Shown in pieces: positions 20,386-30,541 of a DNA stretch of 64,000 bases. Source of the stretch: an uncultured cyanobacterium. GTDB taxonomy: Bacteria; Cyanobacteriota; Cyanobacteriia; PCC-6307; Cyanobiaceae. Both the position numbers and the translations under genes were made by a program. The stretch spans positions 64,001 through 128,000 of the forward strand of contig CAVONQ010000002.1 in assembly GCA_963697335.1 (NCBI GenBank). The letters run 5' to 3'. How positions within the stretch are numbered: position 1 is the first letter of the stretch; every line of letters begins with the position of its first letter. The notes below the pieces were generated by a model, which was given only the letters and a program-made list of their open reading frames with translations, had not been told where the DNA came from and ran no database searches.

Positions 20386-21408
20386 ATGGCCTGCTCACCG
20401 GAGTCTCTCTCCCGCCGCCAGCTGTTGCGCCTTGGAGTGGGCGCGGCGGCGGCCCCCTGGCTGCTCGCCGGCTGCCGGGCTGAGCCCCAGGCCGCGGTGC
20501 TGGCGCTCACGGCCCAGGAGCTGCCGGCTGCCTGGCTCAGGGCCCTGCCGGCCGGCTGGAGGGCGCGCCAGCTCGACGGGCCGCCCGCCGTGCTGGAGCA
20601 GGGCGGCGGCGACCCCGGTGCGGCCCTGCTGGCCTTGAGTGATGGCTGGGCCGGCTCGGTGGCGCCCTCCACCTGGCAGCCCTTCGGGGCCCCTGAGCTG
20701 CTGGCCCGCCTGAATCCCCTGGCGGCGGCGGCCAGCAGGCTGTTCGCGCCCGAGGGGCAGCCGGCGCTGGCCTATCCGTGGTCGTTCACGCCCTGGGTGA
20801 TCCTGCTGCGCTCCCGTCCCGACCTGCAGGAACGGGCCGAGCAGGGCTGGTCGCTGCTGCTGGATCCGAGCCTGCGCGGGCGCCTGGTGCTGCCCTCCAG
20901 CCCGCGGGTTTGCATGGCCCTGGTGGGCTCCGATCCGGAGCAGCTGAGACGGCTCCGGCGCCAGGCCCTGGCCTACGACGAACGCGATGGCCTCAACCTG
21001 GTGCTCAGCGGCGAGGCCGAGGCCGCCGTGCTGCCGCTTCGCCGGCTGGTGCCGCTGCTGCGCCGCGACCTGCGCCTGGCCGTGCTGTGGCCCGCCACTG
21101 GGGCGCCGCTCAGCTGGCAGCTGCTGCTGAGGCCCACCGGCGTGGAGCAGCCTGTGCCCCTGGCCTGGCTGGCGGATTTGCTGGAGGGGCCGCTGCTGGC
21201 CTCCCTGCTGGCGGCCGGCTGGGTGCCGCCCCTGCCGCGGCAGCAGCTGGAGCCGCTGGTGAGCCGCTTCCCGGCGCCCATCGCCAGCTTGCTGCTGCCG
21301 CCGCCAGGCCTGCTGGAGCGCTGCTGGAGCCTGCCCCCCCTCGACACCGCCGCCCGCCTGGCCCTGCAGAGCCGCTGGGACGCCGCGGCGCCGCTGCCAG
21401 GGGCCTGA
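20386..21408 (+). CDS. Divergent extracellular solute-binding protein (PotD-like) with Tat/lipoprotein signal
   Basis: SRRQLL...LLAGC signal; WSLLLDPSLRGR and P.TGAPL motifs. Confidence 0.65.
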   Translation: MACSPESLSRRQLLRLGVGAAAAPWLLAGCRAEPQAAVLALTAQELPAAWLRALPAGWRARQLDGPPAVLEQGGGDPGAALLALSDGWAGSVAPSTWQPFGAPELLARLNPLAAAASRLFAPEGQPALAYPWSFTPWVILLRSRPDLQERAEQGWSLLLDPSLRGRLVLPSSPRVCMALVGSDPEQLRRLRRQALAYDERDGLNLVLSGEAEAAVLPLRRLVPLLRRDLRLAVLWPATGAPLSWQLLLRPTGVEQPVPLAWLADLLEGPLLASLLAAGWVPPLPRQQLEPLVSRFPAPIASLLLPPPGLLERCWSLPPLDTAARLALQSRWDAAAPLPGA

Positions 21409-21443
21409 AAGCCCAGCTCCTGAACTCCTGGCTGCCTGCCCAC

Positions 21444-22616
21444 TCAACCCCAGAGCCGCCGCCGCGGCGCGGCCGCCAGGCGGCGGTGGGTGTCGGCCAG
21501 CAGCTCGGGGATCGCCAGCCCGTGGGGGCAGCGGGGCAGGCAGGCGCCGCACTGCCGGCAGGCCTCGGCATTGAGGCTCTCCCACCAGTGGCCCGCCCGG
21601 CCGATCAGGTTGTAGCGCTCCCGGGCAAAGCTCTCCATGCCATGGCCCACGGCCAGGTTGCGCAGCCGCAGCAGCTCGGGAATCGGCACGGCGCTGGGGC
21701 AGGGCAGGCAGGCTCGGCACTGGCCGCAGCGCCCGGGGCCTAGCCGCGCCGCCGCCCCCTCGCTCAGCCGGGCCAGGGCGGCCCTGACCTCATGGCTGAG
21801 ACCCTCGGGGCTGGCCTGGCCGAGCTGGCCGCCGCCCCCCAGCTCACCCGCCTGCCAGCGCTCGGCCCAGACCAGATCCCCGGGCTGGGCCGCCCCCAGG
21901 CTGAGGGTGGAGATCCCCTGCTCCAGCAGAAAGCGGTAGGCCAGCTCCAAGGGCTCGAAGGGGGCGCAGTCGGCCAGCAACTCGGGTGAGGGGGCGTAGA
22001 GCTGGCCGCCCTTGTCGGCGGGGGAGATGGCCAGCACCCCCAGCCCCGCGGCCAGGGCGGCCTGGGCCAGGGGCAGGCGGCTCTGGTCGAACAGGTGCAC
22101 GTGCAGGGAGCAGAAGCTGAACCGACCGCTGGCCAGGGCCTGCTCGATCACGGCCTGGCTGCCGTGGCTGCTGAAGCCCACCTGGCCCACCAGGCCCTGT
22201 TCCAGGGCCCAGGCCAGCAGCTCGGCGCCAGCCCCCTGGCAGGCCCAGGCCAGGTGCTCGGGCGTGTTCAGCCCGTGCACGGCGAGGCCGTGGAGCCGCG
22301 GCACCCCCAGGCGCTCGAGGATGCCTCGCAGTTGCTGCTGGCCCCTGGCCAGATCGCCTTGGGGCAGCAGCTTGCTGGTGATCAGCCAGCCGCCCGCTGG
22401 TGCCAGCCCCTCCCTCGCCAGGCCGGCGATCGCCTGCCCCAGGAAGCGTTCGGCCGGCCCGTAGGCGGGGGCGGTTTCCAGATGGTTGATGCCGGCGGCC
22501 AGGGCCGCGCCCAGCACCGCTGCCATCTGGGCGGGACTGTCCAGGGCGCGCATCGTGCCCAGGGTGAAGGCCGACACCGCCGGCCCCCGCCCGAAGGGCC
22601 GCCTAGCCGGGCTCAC
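21444..22616 (-). CDS. Aldo/keto reductase with C-terminal 4Fe-4S motifs
   Basis: LGTMR, ETAPAYG, GFSSHG, CGQCRACLPCP, CRQCGACLPRCP. Confidence 0.88.
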   Translation of the reverse strand: MSPARRPFGRGPAVSAFTLGTMRALDSPAQMAAVLGAALAAGINHLETAPAYGPAERFLGQAIAGLAREGLAPAGGWLITSKLLPQGDLARGQQQLRGILERLGVPRLHGLAVHGLNTPEHLAWACQGAGAELLAWALEQGLVGQVGFSSHGSQAVIEQALASGRFSFCSLHVHLFDQSRLPLAQAALAAGLGVLAISPADKGGQLYAPSPELLADCAPFEPLELAYRFLLEQGISTLSLGAAQPGDLVWAERWQAGELGGGGQLGQASPEGLSHEVRAALARLSEGAAARLGPGRCGQCRACLPCPSAVPIPELLRLRNLAVGHGMESFARERYNLIGRAGHWWESLNAEACRQCGACLPRCPHGLAIPELLADTHRRLAAAPRRRLWG

Positions 22617-23181
22617 GGGGCTGGTCCGGCGTGTCCGGTTCGCCGGGATCGCTGGGGCTGGGGTCGTTCTCGGGCTGGGCCCGGCCCCGCTGCCGCACCA
22701 GCTCGGCGGGACTCACCGAGTCGAGAAAGCGGCGGAAATGGGCCTGGTCGGCGGCGTCGGCCTCGGCATCCACCGGAATCGAGGCATCCGCCACCACCTC
22801 CTCCAGCATCCAGATCGGAGTGCCGGTGCGCACCGCCAGGGCGATGGCATCGCTGGGCCGCGCATCGACTTCGCTCAGGCCTTCGGGGCCCGTGCTGTCG
22901 TGGCTGCGCAGCTTCAGCACGGCGCGGAAGGTGCTCTCCTCGATGGCGTGGATGATCACCCGCTCCAGGCTGAGCCCTCCGGCCTCCAGCAGGGCCACCA
23001 TCAGGTCATGGCTCAGGGGCCGCGGGGGGCGGTCGTGGCCGAGCCCCACCAGGATGTTCTGGGCCTGGGCCTGGTCGATCCAGATCGGCACCTGGCGCCG
23101 GCCGGCGGGATCCCGCAGCAGCACGATCGGGCTGCGGCTGGCCGCATCCAGGGCGATGCCGGCGACGCGCATTTCGACCAT
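22603..23181 (-). CDS. Bifunctional nuclease family protein (DUF151)
   Basis: MVEMRVAGIALD, PIWI, RPLSHDL, DARPSDAIALA. Confidence 0.9.
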   Translation of the reverse strand: MVEMRVAGIALDAASRSPIVLLRDPAGRRQVPIWIDQAQAQNILVGLGHDRPPRPLSHDLMVALLEAGGLSLERVIIHAIEESTFRAVLKLRSHDSTGPEGLSEVDARPSDAIALAVRTGTPIWMLEEVVADASIPVDAEADAADQAHFRRFLDSVSPAELVRQRGRAQPENDPSPSDPGEPDTPDQPREPG

Positions 23182-23251
23182 GGCCGGCTGTGCCGCTAGG
23201 CAGCGATGAACCCGTGACTGATTATGGCCAGGAGGACTGGAGCCCACGCCG

Positions 23252-23905
23252 ATGTTCACCGGACTGGTGCAGGCCACGGGCACGATCGAACGGGCCCACG
23301 GCGGCGTGCGGCTGCGCTGGGCCGCCTGCGAGGGCGGCTGGTCGGCCCACGATCTGGCCCTGGGCGAGAGCGTGGCCGTGGATGGGGTGTGCCTCACGGT
23401 GGCGGAGCGGTTCAGCGATGGCTTTCGCGCCGATGTGAGTGACGAAACCCTGCGGCGCAGCACCCTCGCGGCCCGGGCCGAACGGCGGGCAGCCGTGAAT
23501 CTGGAGCCGGCACTGCGCCTGGCCGACCGCCTCGGCGGCCACCTGGTGAGCGGCCATGTGGATGGGCTGGGCACCGTGCTGGCGGTGGGGGCCGAGGGGG
23601 AGTCGTGGCGGCTGGATCTGGCCTGGCAGGATCCGTCCTACGGCCGTTACGTGTGTGACAAGGCCAGCGTGTGCGTGAACGGCATCAGCCTCACCGTGGC
23701 CGGCTGCAGTCCCGACGGCGCCAGCTTCTGGATCGCCGTGATCCCCCACACCTGGAAGGGCACCACCCTGCAGGGCCTGCGCCAGGGGGATGGGGTGAAC
23801 CTGGAGGCCGACCTGCTGGCCAAGTACACCGAGCGGCTGCTCGGCGGCGGCAGCCAGCCGGACCTCGATCGCGCCTGGCTGGCCGAGCACGGCTGGCAGG
23901 CCTAG
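23252..23905 (+). CDS. ribE: Riboflavin synthase (alpha subunit)
   Basis: MFTGLV, GVCLTV, GGHLVSGHVDG, VNLEAD. Confidence 0.95.
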   Translation: MFTGLVQATGTIERAHGGVRLRWAACEGGWSAHDLALGESVAVDGVCLTVAERFSDGFRADVSDETLRRSTLAARAERRAAVNLEPALRLADRLGGHLVSGHVDGLGTVLAVGAEGESWRLDLAWQDPSYGRYVCDKASVCVNGISLTVAGCSPDGASFWIAVIPHTWKGTTLQGLRQGDGVNLEADLLAKYTERLLGGGSQPDLDRAWLAEHGWQA

Positions 23906-23932
23906 GGTCCAGCCTCTGCGGGACGCTTCACC

Positions 23933-24544
23933 ATGGCCCAGCTCAGCACTGCCCGTGATGCGGCGGCCCTGAGAACCTTCACCCTCGGCGAGGGGGTGCT
24001 GATGCTGGTACTCGGCTTGCTGGCCATGATTTTTCCCCTCGCGGCCTCCCTCTGGGTGACGGTGATGGTGGCGCTGATCTTTCTGGTGGCAGGCCTGCTG
24101 GGCTGGATCAACAACCTGATGCGGGCCCGGTTGCTGGGCCGCTGGCTGGCCTTCTGGCGGCTGGTGGTGTCCACCCTGCTGGTGGCTGCGGGCCTGTCGA
24201 TGCTGTTGCAACTCGGTTCGGGCCCGGGCCAGGCCACCACCCCGATCGCCACCCTGGCCCTGGCCATCGGGGTGGTGTTCGTGGTGGAGGGGTTGGTGGC
24301 CCTGGGGGTGTCCCTGGCCCACCGGCGCATCCGGGGCTGGGGCTGGGGTTTACTCAACGGGCTGATCACCCTGGCCCTGGGCGTGACGATCCTGCTGCTG
24401 CCGGGCCCTGTGCTGTTGCAGGTGCTGGGGCTGCTGGTGGGCATCAGCTTCGTGTTCAGCGGCCTTGACCTGCTCAGCTTCAGCGCCAGCTTCCACGGCC
24501 CCGATCAGGGGAGCGCCGCCCAGCACGGACCCCCCGGCAGCTGA
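23933..24544 (+). CDS. HdeD/DUF308 family membrane protein
   Basis: About six TM segments; GWGWGLLNG, LGLLVGIS. Confidence 0.78.
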   Translation: MAQLSTARDAAALRTFTLGEGVLMLVLGLLAMIFPLAASLWVTVMVALIFLVAGLLGWINNLMRARLLGRWLAFWRLVVSTLLVAAGLSMLLQLGSGPGQATTPIATLALAIGVVFVVEGLVALGVSLAHRRIRGWGWGLLNGLITLALGVTILLLPGPVLLQVLGLLVGISFVFSGLDLLSFSASFHGPDQGSAAQHGPPGS

Positions 24545-24597
24545 GGTCATGGGTCGGGGGATCCGAGCTGGGCGGATCCTTCCCAGGCAGACGCTGC

Positions 24598-24999
24598 TCA
24601 GGCGGAATCTTCGCTGGCTTCGGCCATGGGTAGATCGCCGTCATCAAGCGGCAATAGCCGGATGGAGCGGCTGTCCTGGTGTAGCTCGATCCGGAATTCC
24701 TGGCCGGGCTGCAGCCCCAGCCGGCGGGTGTAGGCGTTGCCGATCAGCAGATTGCCGTTGCCGTGCACACGGGTGCGGAACTCCGCCTGCCGCCCCTTGC
24801 CCGGGCCAGGCGCGGCGTCGCTGCGGCCGGTGCTGCCCTCGGGACCGGGGTAGCGCTTGGCGGCCACCAGGGCCTTATGGAAACTCTTTTTGAGCACGCG
24901 GCCACTGGGGCCCACGTACCCACAGGCACGGGCGATCAGGTCTTCAGGCTGGTCGCTGAGGGCCCGGGCCCTGTCGAGCAGGGCCTTGCCTTCAAGCAT
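24598..24999 (-). CDS. AbrB-like (cyAbrB family) transcriptional regulator
   Basis: MLEGKALL, ARACGY, RVHGNGNLLIG.AYT...PGQEF.IEL. Confidence 0.85.
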   Translation of the reverse strand: MLEGKALLDRARALSDQPEDLIARACGYVGPSGRVLKKSFHKALVAAKRYPGPEGSTGRSDAAPGPGKGRQAEFRTRVHGNGNLLIGNAYTRRLGLQPGQEFRIELHQDSRSIRLLPLDDGDLPMAEASEDSA

Positions 25000-25118
25000 C
25001 CCGCCCGGACCACCGCCACTGCTGGGACTCATGGCTGGAGATCCTGGCAACAGGTCAATATCTGGGATTGTGCCCAGTCCGCAGGCCGATCGGCAACAAA
25101 CATTGGCGGCGTCGGGGC

Positions 25119-25748
25119 TCAGAGCACGTACAGGATCCCGTAGAGCACCAGCCAGATGCCGTCCACGAAGTGCCAGTAGAGCTCTGCGGCTTCCAGGCCG
25201 AAATGCTTCTCCGCGCTGATGCGACCACCGCTGTGGGTCTGCAGGGCCACGATCAGGATGCAGATCACGCCGAGGGTCACGTGCAGGCCGTGGAAGCCGG
25301 TGAGGGCATAGAAGGTGCTGGCGAAGAGGTTGTCGGTGAGGCCGAAGGGCAGGGTGAAGTATTCCACCATCTGGCCGGCCAGAAAGGTGGCCCCCAGGCC
25401 GGCGGACACCAGCAACCAGCTGCGACAGGCGGCCAGGCGATTGGCGCGGATCTCGCGGCCGGCGCGGTGGAAGGTGAAGCTGCTCAGCACCAGCAGCACG
25501 GTGTTGATGGTGGGCAGCAGCAGCTCGAGTTCGTAGATGCTGCCCTCGGGCAGCGGATTCACCGCTTTGAAGGTGAGGTAGGCGGCGAAGAAGCCCGCAA
25601 AGGTCATGCCATCGGCCACCAGGAAGGTGGTGAGGCCGAACATGCGAACATCGGCGTGCAGGTCGGCCTCGGGGCTGGCCTCAACGGCCATCGCAGCCGC
25701 TTCAGAGCTGCTCAGGAGCGTGCTGTCAGAGGAGTTGGTGGTGGTCAT
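25119..25748 (-). CDS. ctaE: Cytochrome c oxidase subunit III
   Basis: TGFHGLHV, YWHFVDGIW. Confidence 0.95.
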   Translation of the reverse strand: MTTTNSSDSTLLSSSEAAAMAVEASPEADLHADVRMFGLTTFLVADGMTFAGFFAAYLTFKAVNPLPEGSIYELELLLPTINTVLLVLSSFTFHRAGREIRANRLAACRSWLLVSAGLGATFLAGQMVEYFTLPFGLTDNLFASTFYALTGFHGLHVTLGVICILIVALQTHSGGRISAEKHFGLEAAELYWHFVDGIWLVLYGILYVL

Positions 25749-27370
25749 GACTGGGCCTCAGGACGGGTGCCGTAGCCGTAGGGCTCGGTGACGAGGGGGG
25801 CCTCCCCCTTCCAGTTCTCCACCGGCGGGGGCGAGGAGGTGAGCCATTCGGGCGTCAGGGCATTCCAGGGGTTGTCACCCGCCGGTTCACCACTCCTGGC
25901 CGTGATCACCACGTTGATCAGCAGCGGCAGGATGCTGATCGCCATGATCAGGGCCCCGACGCTGCTCACCTGGTTGAGGGTGGTGAAGGCCGGGTCGTAC
26001 TCCGCCACGCGCCTGGGCATGCCATTGAGGCCCAGCCAGTGCTGGGGCAGGAAGCAGAGCTGGAAGCCGATCAGGGTGAGCACGAAGTGCAGCCGACCCA
26101 GATCTTCGTTGAGCAGACGGCCCGTGAATTTGGGATACCAGTGGTAGAGCGAGGCGAAGATCACAAACACCGTGCCTCCGTAGACGATGTAGTGAAAATG
26201 GCCCACCACAAAATAGGTGTCATGAACGTGGATGTCGAAGGGCACCTGGGCCAGGCTGATGCCAGTGATGCCGCCGAACACGAAGTTGAGGATGAAACCG
26301 CAGGAAAACAGCATCGCCGAGTTGAGGGCGATCTTGCCTCCCCAGAGGGTGGCGATCCAGTTGAAAAACTTGATGCCGGTGGGCACCGCAATGAACGAGG
26401 TGGCAATCGTGAAAAATAGGCGCATCCAGGGGGGAGTGCCGCTGGTGAACATGTGGTGGGCCCAGACGATCAGTCCAAGCACCACGATGCCCATGATGGA
26501 ATACACCATGGTGGTGTAGCCGAACAGGGGCTTGCGGGCGTGCACCGGCAGGATTTCGCTCACCAGGCCGAAGGCTGGCAACACCATGATGTACACAGCC
26601 GGATGAGAGTAAAACCAGAACAGGTGCTGGTAGACCACCACATTGCCGCCCAAGGCCGGGTTGAAGAAGCCGGTGTGGGCCACGATGTCGAAACTGAGCA
26701 GGATTAATACGCCTGCCAGCACAGGAGTTGAGAGCACCACCAGCAAGCTGGTGCCCAGCATCGCCCAGCAGTACATCGGCAGCTGCATCATCTTCAGGCC
26801 AGGACGTCGCAGCTTCAGCACCGTGGCAATGAAATTGATGGCGCCGAAGATGGAGCTGCCCCCCAGCAACAGCACACTCAGAATCCATACCACCTGGCCA
26901 GCGGCCGGGGTGGTGAGGCTGAGGGGTGGGTAGGCCGTCCAGCCGGACTGGGCGGCGGCACCCGCCAGGAAATAGCTGCTGATCAGCAGGATCCCAGCCG
27001 GCGGAATCATCCAGAAGGCCACGGCGTTGAGCCTGGGAAAGGCCATGTCCCTGGCGCCGACGTAGAAGGGGATCAAATAGTTGCCGAAGCCGCCATTGAC
27101 CACGGGCACGATCCACAGAAAGATCATCACGGTGCCGTGCAGCGTGAGCACCTCGTTGTAAGTGTCACGGCTCACAAAGTCGGACATCGGACTCACCAGC
27201 TCGGTGCGGATCACACCGGCCAGCGCCCCACCCACCAGATAGAAGGCAAAGCCGCACACCAGATACTGAAGGCCGATCACCTTGTGGTCGAGGCTGAAGC
27301 TGAGATAGCGGGCCCACCCGGTGGGCTGCAGGCTCTCCTGGGGCAGTGGGCCTGGACTGGCGATCGTCAT
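25745..27370 (-). CDS. ctaD: Cytochrome c oxidase subunit I
   Basis: DHKVIG, WFYSHPAVY, WAHHMF, HDTYFVVGHFH, GMPRR. Confidence 0.97.
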   Translation of the reverse strand: MTIASPGPLPQESLQPTGWARYLSFSLDHKVIGLQYLVCGFAFYLVGGALAGVIRTELVSPMSDFVSRDTYNEVLTLHGTVMIFLWIVPVVNGGFGNYLIPFYVGARDMAFPRLNAVAFWMIPPAGILLISSYFLAGAAAQSGWTAYPPLSLTTPAAGQVVWILSVLLLGGSSIFGAINFIATVLKLRRPGLKMMQLPMYCWAMLGTSLLVVLSTPVLAGVLILLSFDIVAHTGFFNPALGGNVVVYQHLFWFYSHPAVYIMVLPAFGLVSEILPVHARKPLFGYTTMVYSIMGIVVLGLIVWAHHMFTSGTPPWMRLFFTIATSFIAVPTGIKFFNWIATLWGGKIALNSAMLFSCGFILNFVFGGITGISLAQVPFDIHVHDTYFVVGHFHYIVYGGTVFVIFASLYHWYPKFTGRLLNEDLGRLHFVLTLIGFQLCFLPQHWLGLNGMPRRVAEYDPAFTTLNQVSSVGALIMAISILPLLINVVITARSGEPAGDNPWNALTPEWLTSSPPPVENWKGEAPLVTEPYGYGTRPEAQS

Positions 27371-27420
27371 CGGCTGGAACGGTGCGGGGAAAGGGTGAGG
27401 GTCACGATCAACAGGCCGGA

Positions 27421-28290
27421 TCAGGTGCTTGTGGTGGGGGTGTTCTGCTCCAGCCAGGCGTCGAAGCTCTCCCGTTCATGCACCACCACGTTGGAGCGCA
27501 TGCCGCCGTGGTAGGCACCACAGAGCTCGGCGCAGACGATTGGGTAGGTGCCGGCGCGCGTGGGGGTGAAGGAGAGCTGGGTGGTCTGGCCCGGAATCAC
27601 ATCCTGCTTGAGACGGAACTGGGGCACCCAGAACGCGTGGATCACATCCCGGGCCTCCATGCGCAACTCCACGGGCTGGCCCAGAGGCACATGCAGCTCC
27701 CCGCTGGTGATGTCGCCCTGGGGGTAATGGAAGATGAACGCAAACTGCATGGCCGTCACCTCCACCGGCAGGGTCGGGGGAACCACCCCGCTTGAGTCGG
27801 GCCTGGCGGCGGCGCCGATGCCCCCCCAGATGCGCTCCGGGTCTGGGCCGGAGCTGTCGCTGACCAGGGCGGCCCGGTCCATGCCGCCGTGGTCCATGGC
27901 GCTGTGGTCCATGGCGGCATGGTCCATGAGAGGGGCCATGCCGCCCATGCGTTCGTAGATGTCGTAGCTGTAGATACCAACGAAAAGAATGACCACCGCC
28001 GGTATGGCGGTCCAGACGATTTCCAGAGGCAGGTTGCCTTCAATGGCCACCCCATCACTGGTGTCGCCAGCGGTGCGACGGAATCGCGCCAGGCTGTACA
28101 CCAGCACGATGGTGATGCCCAGGAACAGCATGGTGCCAATGCTGAACAAAACCTTAAAAAGGGAGTCGTAGGTGGCGGCGTTGCTGCTCGCATCGAGCGG
28201 CAGCATGTTCACCCGATTGCCCACCAGAAGCCCAGTTCCCACAAGGCCAGTGGTGGCCAGGGCGGTGGTGAGGGCTGTGCGGATCTGCAC
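27421..28290 (-). CDS. ctaC: Cytochrome c oxidase subunit II
   Basis: EIVWTAIP, DVIHAFWVP and the CuA motif CAELCGAYHGGM. Confidence 0.96.
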   Translation of the reverse strand: MQIRTALTTALATTGLVGTGLLVGNRVNMLPLDASSNAATYDSLFKVLFSIGTMLFLGITIVLVYSLARFRRTAGDTSDGVAIEGNLPLEIVWTAIPAVVILFVGIYSYDIYERMGGMAPLMDHAAMDHSAMDHGGMDRAALVSDSSGPDPERIWGGIGAAARPDSSGVVPPTLPVEVTAMQFAFIFHYPQGDITSGELHVPLGQPVELRMEARDVIHAFWVPQFRLKQDVIPGQTTQLSFTPTRAGTYPIVCAELCGAYHGGMRSNVVVHERESFDAWLEQNTPTTST

Positions 28291-28496
28291 GGCATTGGAA
28301 GTACTGAGGCTCAGCCTATGGGCAGGGCCGTGCCGATGCGAGCCATCGCGCCTGCATGGTTGTGATCAGCCCATCTCAGATGGGTGTTGGTGTTGCTGCC
28401 AGCTGGCCATGTTGTGAATTGACGATGTGAGCGAATCCTCATCCCTGGCTCCCCGCACCATCGCTACCGTGCAACGACTCTGGGGCGCTTGCTCCG

Positions 28497-29528
28497 ATGC
28501 AGACAGGCCTGAGGCCATCCCAGACGCCCGCCTCTGGGGGCCCGCACGAGGCCGAGTCGCCTCTGGTCGACCCCCTTCAGCCCGGCTCCCCTGAGGAGGA
28601 GCAGAGCCCCTGGCGGGCCGATCGTCTCAGGCCGCTCACCCGTCTCAGCGGCCACCTGGTGGTGGCCGTGGTGGCGCTGGTGGTGATCGGCGGAGCCACC
28701 CGGGTCATGCAGGCCGGCCTGGCCTGCCCTGACTGGCCCCTCTGCTACGGCGTGCTGCTGCCGGGCCGGCAGATGAACCTGCAGGTGTTCCTGGAGTGGT
28801 TTCACCGGCTTGACGCTTTTGTGGTGGGAGTCGCCCTGCTGGTGATGGCCGCCGCCAGCCTGGTGGCCAGGCGGCGCCTGCCCGGCTGGCTCCCCTGGGT
28901 CTCCTGCCTGGCCCTGGCGCTGGTGGCCGTGCAGGGGGGTCTTGGGGCCCTCACCGTGACCCAGCTGCTGGCCTCCTCGATGGTGACGGCTCACCTGGCT
29001 GCGGCCCTCAGCCTGCTGGCCCTGCTCAGCGGCCTGCACCAGGCTCTCAAGCTGCACCAGCAGCCCAGTGCTCCAGCCCTGGAGCGGCCCTGGCTGGGGC
29101 TCTGGGGCCTGGCGGTCTGCGCTGCCCTGGTGCTGGTGTTCTGCCAGAGCCTGCTCGGGGCCTGGATGGCCAGCCACTGGGCAGCCGATCGCTGTCTTGC
29201 TGCTGGGGACGACTGCCGCTGGCTGCTGCTGCATCGCCAGCTCGCCCCTGCCGCGGGGGGCGCCGTGCTGGCTGTGGCCTCCCTTGCCGCCCTACGTCCC
29301 GACCTGCCGCGGTCGGCCCGCCTGCTGGCCCTCGGCGGGGCCCTTCTGGTGGTGGCCCAGGTGGTCCTGGGCGTCACCACCGTGAGGCTGTCCCTCGCCG
29401 TGCCCGCCGTGACGATCGCTCACCAGCTCGGCGCGGCCCTGCTGGTGGCCGTGCTGGCCGCCCTGCTGGGCCAGCTGCCCGGCCTGGCCGGCCGGCCTCC
29501 CTCAACATCCCCTACCCCTCTCCCCTGA
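28497..29528 (+). CDS. ctaA: Heme A synthase (COX15/CtaA)
   Basis: GGATRVMQAGLACPDWPLC, EWFHR, TAHL, IAHQ. Confidence 0.92.
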   Translation: MQTGLRPSQTPASGGPHEAESPLVDPLQPGSPEEEQSPWRADRLRPLTRLSGHLVVAVVALVVIGGATRVMQAGLACPDWPLCYGVLLPGRQMNLQVFLEWFHRLDAFVVGVALLVMAAASLVARRRLPGWLPWVSCLALALVAVQGGLGALTVTQLLASSMVTAHLAAALSLLALLSGLHQALKLHQQPSAPALERPWLGLWGLAVCAALVLVFCQSLLGAWMASHWAADRCLAAGDDCRWLLLHRQLAPAAGGAVLAVASLAALRPDLPRSARLLALGGALLVVAQVVLGVTTVRLSLAVPAVTIAHQLGAALLVAVLAALLGQLPGLAGRPPSTSPTPLP

Positions 29529-29536
29529 GCTGATCC

Positions 29537-30499
29537 ATGGTGAGCCTCTCTGCCCTGCCCATGGCCCAGCCCCCGGTGGTGCGCCCCTCGGTGCGCCTGC
29601 CGGCCTGGCTGGAGGTGGCCAAGCCCCGGCTCATCCCCCTGTTGCTGGCCACCACCCTGGCCGGCATGGCCGTGAGCGGCGCCAGCATCACGACCCCTGT
29701 GGTGCTCTGCACGCTGCTGGGCGGGGCCCTGGCCTCGGCCGCTGCTGGGGTGCTCAACTGCCTCTGGGAACAGGAGCTCGATGGCCGCATGCAGCGCACC
29801 AGCCGTCGTGCCCTGCCCTCGGGGCGTCTGGCCCAGCGCCAGGCCTTCGCCCTTGCGGTGGTGCTCACCCTGGTGTCAGTGGCGGTGCTGGTGGTGGGGG
29901 TGAACCCCCTGGCCGCCAGCCTGGCCCTGCTGGGGCTGTGCAGCTATGTGCTGCTGTACACCGCCCTGCTCAAGCCCCGCACGCCCCAGAACATCGTGAT
30001 CGGCGGGGTGGCGGGAGCGATCCCACCCCTGGTGGGAGCTGCGGCAGCCAGCGGCGAACTCGGCGCCTCCAGCTGGTGGCTGTTCTCGCTGGTGATGGTG
30101 TGGACCCCGGCCCACTTCTGGGCCCTGGCGCTGCTCCTCAAGGATGACTACCGCTCCGTGGGCATCCCCATGCTGCCGGTGGTCAAAGGCGTGCAGGTGA
30201 CGGCCCGGGCGATCAGCAGCTATGCGTGGCTGACGGTGGCGCTGAGCCTGCTGGGGGCCTGGATGCTGCCCACTGGCGGCCTGCTCTACGGCCTGCTGGT
30301 GCTGCCCTTCAACGGCAGGCTGCTGCAACTGGTGCGCAACCTCAGCTGCAGTCCCAACGACCCTGGCTCCGCCAAGGCCCTGTTCCGCTGGTCGATCTTC
30401 TATCTGTTCGGCGTGAGCCTGCTGCTGCTGATGGCTCGCCTCCCCCAGGCGGATCCGTTCTCCATCGGCCTGGCGATGCTGCCTACATTGGTCGGCTGA
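29537..30499 (+). CDS. ctaB: Protoheme IX farnesyltransferase (heme O synthase)
   Basis: [39 protein letters not shown]. Confidence 0.95.
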   Translation: MVSLSALPMAQPPVVRPSVRLPAWLEVAKPRLIPLLLATTLAGMAVSGASITTPVVLCTLLGGALASAAAGVLNCLWEQELDGRMQRTSRRALPSGRLAQRQAFALAVVLTLVSVAVLVVGVNPLAASLALLGLCSYVLLYTALLKPRTPQNIVIGGVAGAIPPLVGAAAASGELGASSWWLFSLVMVWTPAHFWALALLLKDDYRSVGIPMLPVVKGVQVTARAISSYAWLTVALSLLGAWMLPTGGLLYGLLVLPFNGRLLQLVRNLSCSPNDPGSAKALFRWSIFYLFGVSLLLLMARLPQADPFSIGLAMLPTLVG

Positions 30500-30541
30500 T
30501 CGACGCGCAACCGCTCTGATGGCCACGGGAGAGAGGGGCTG

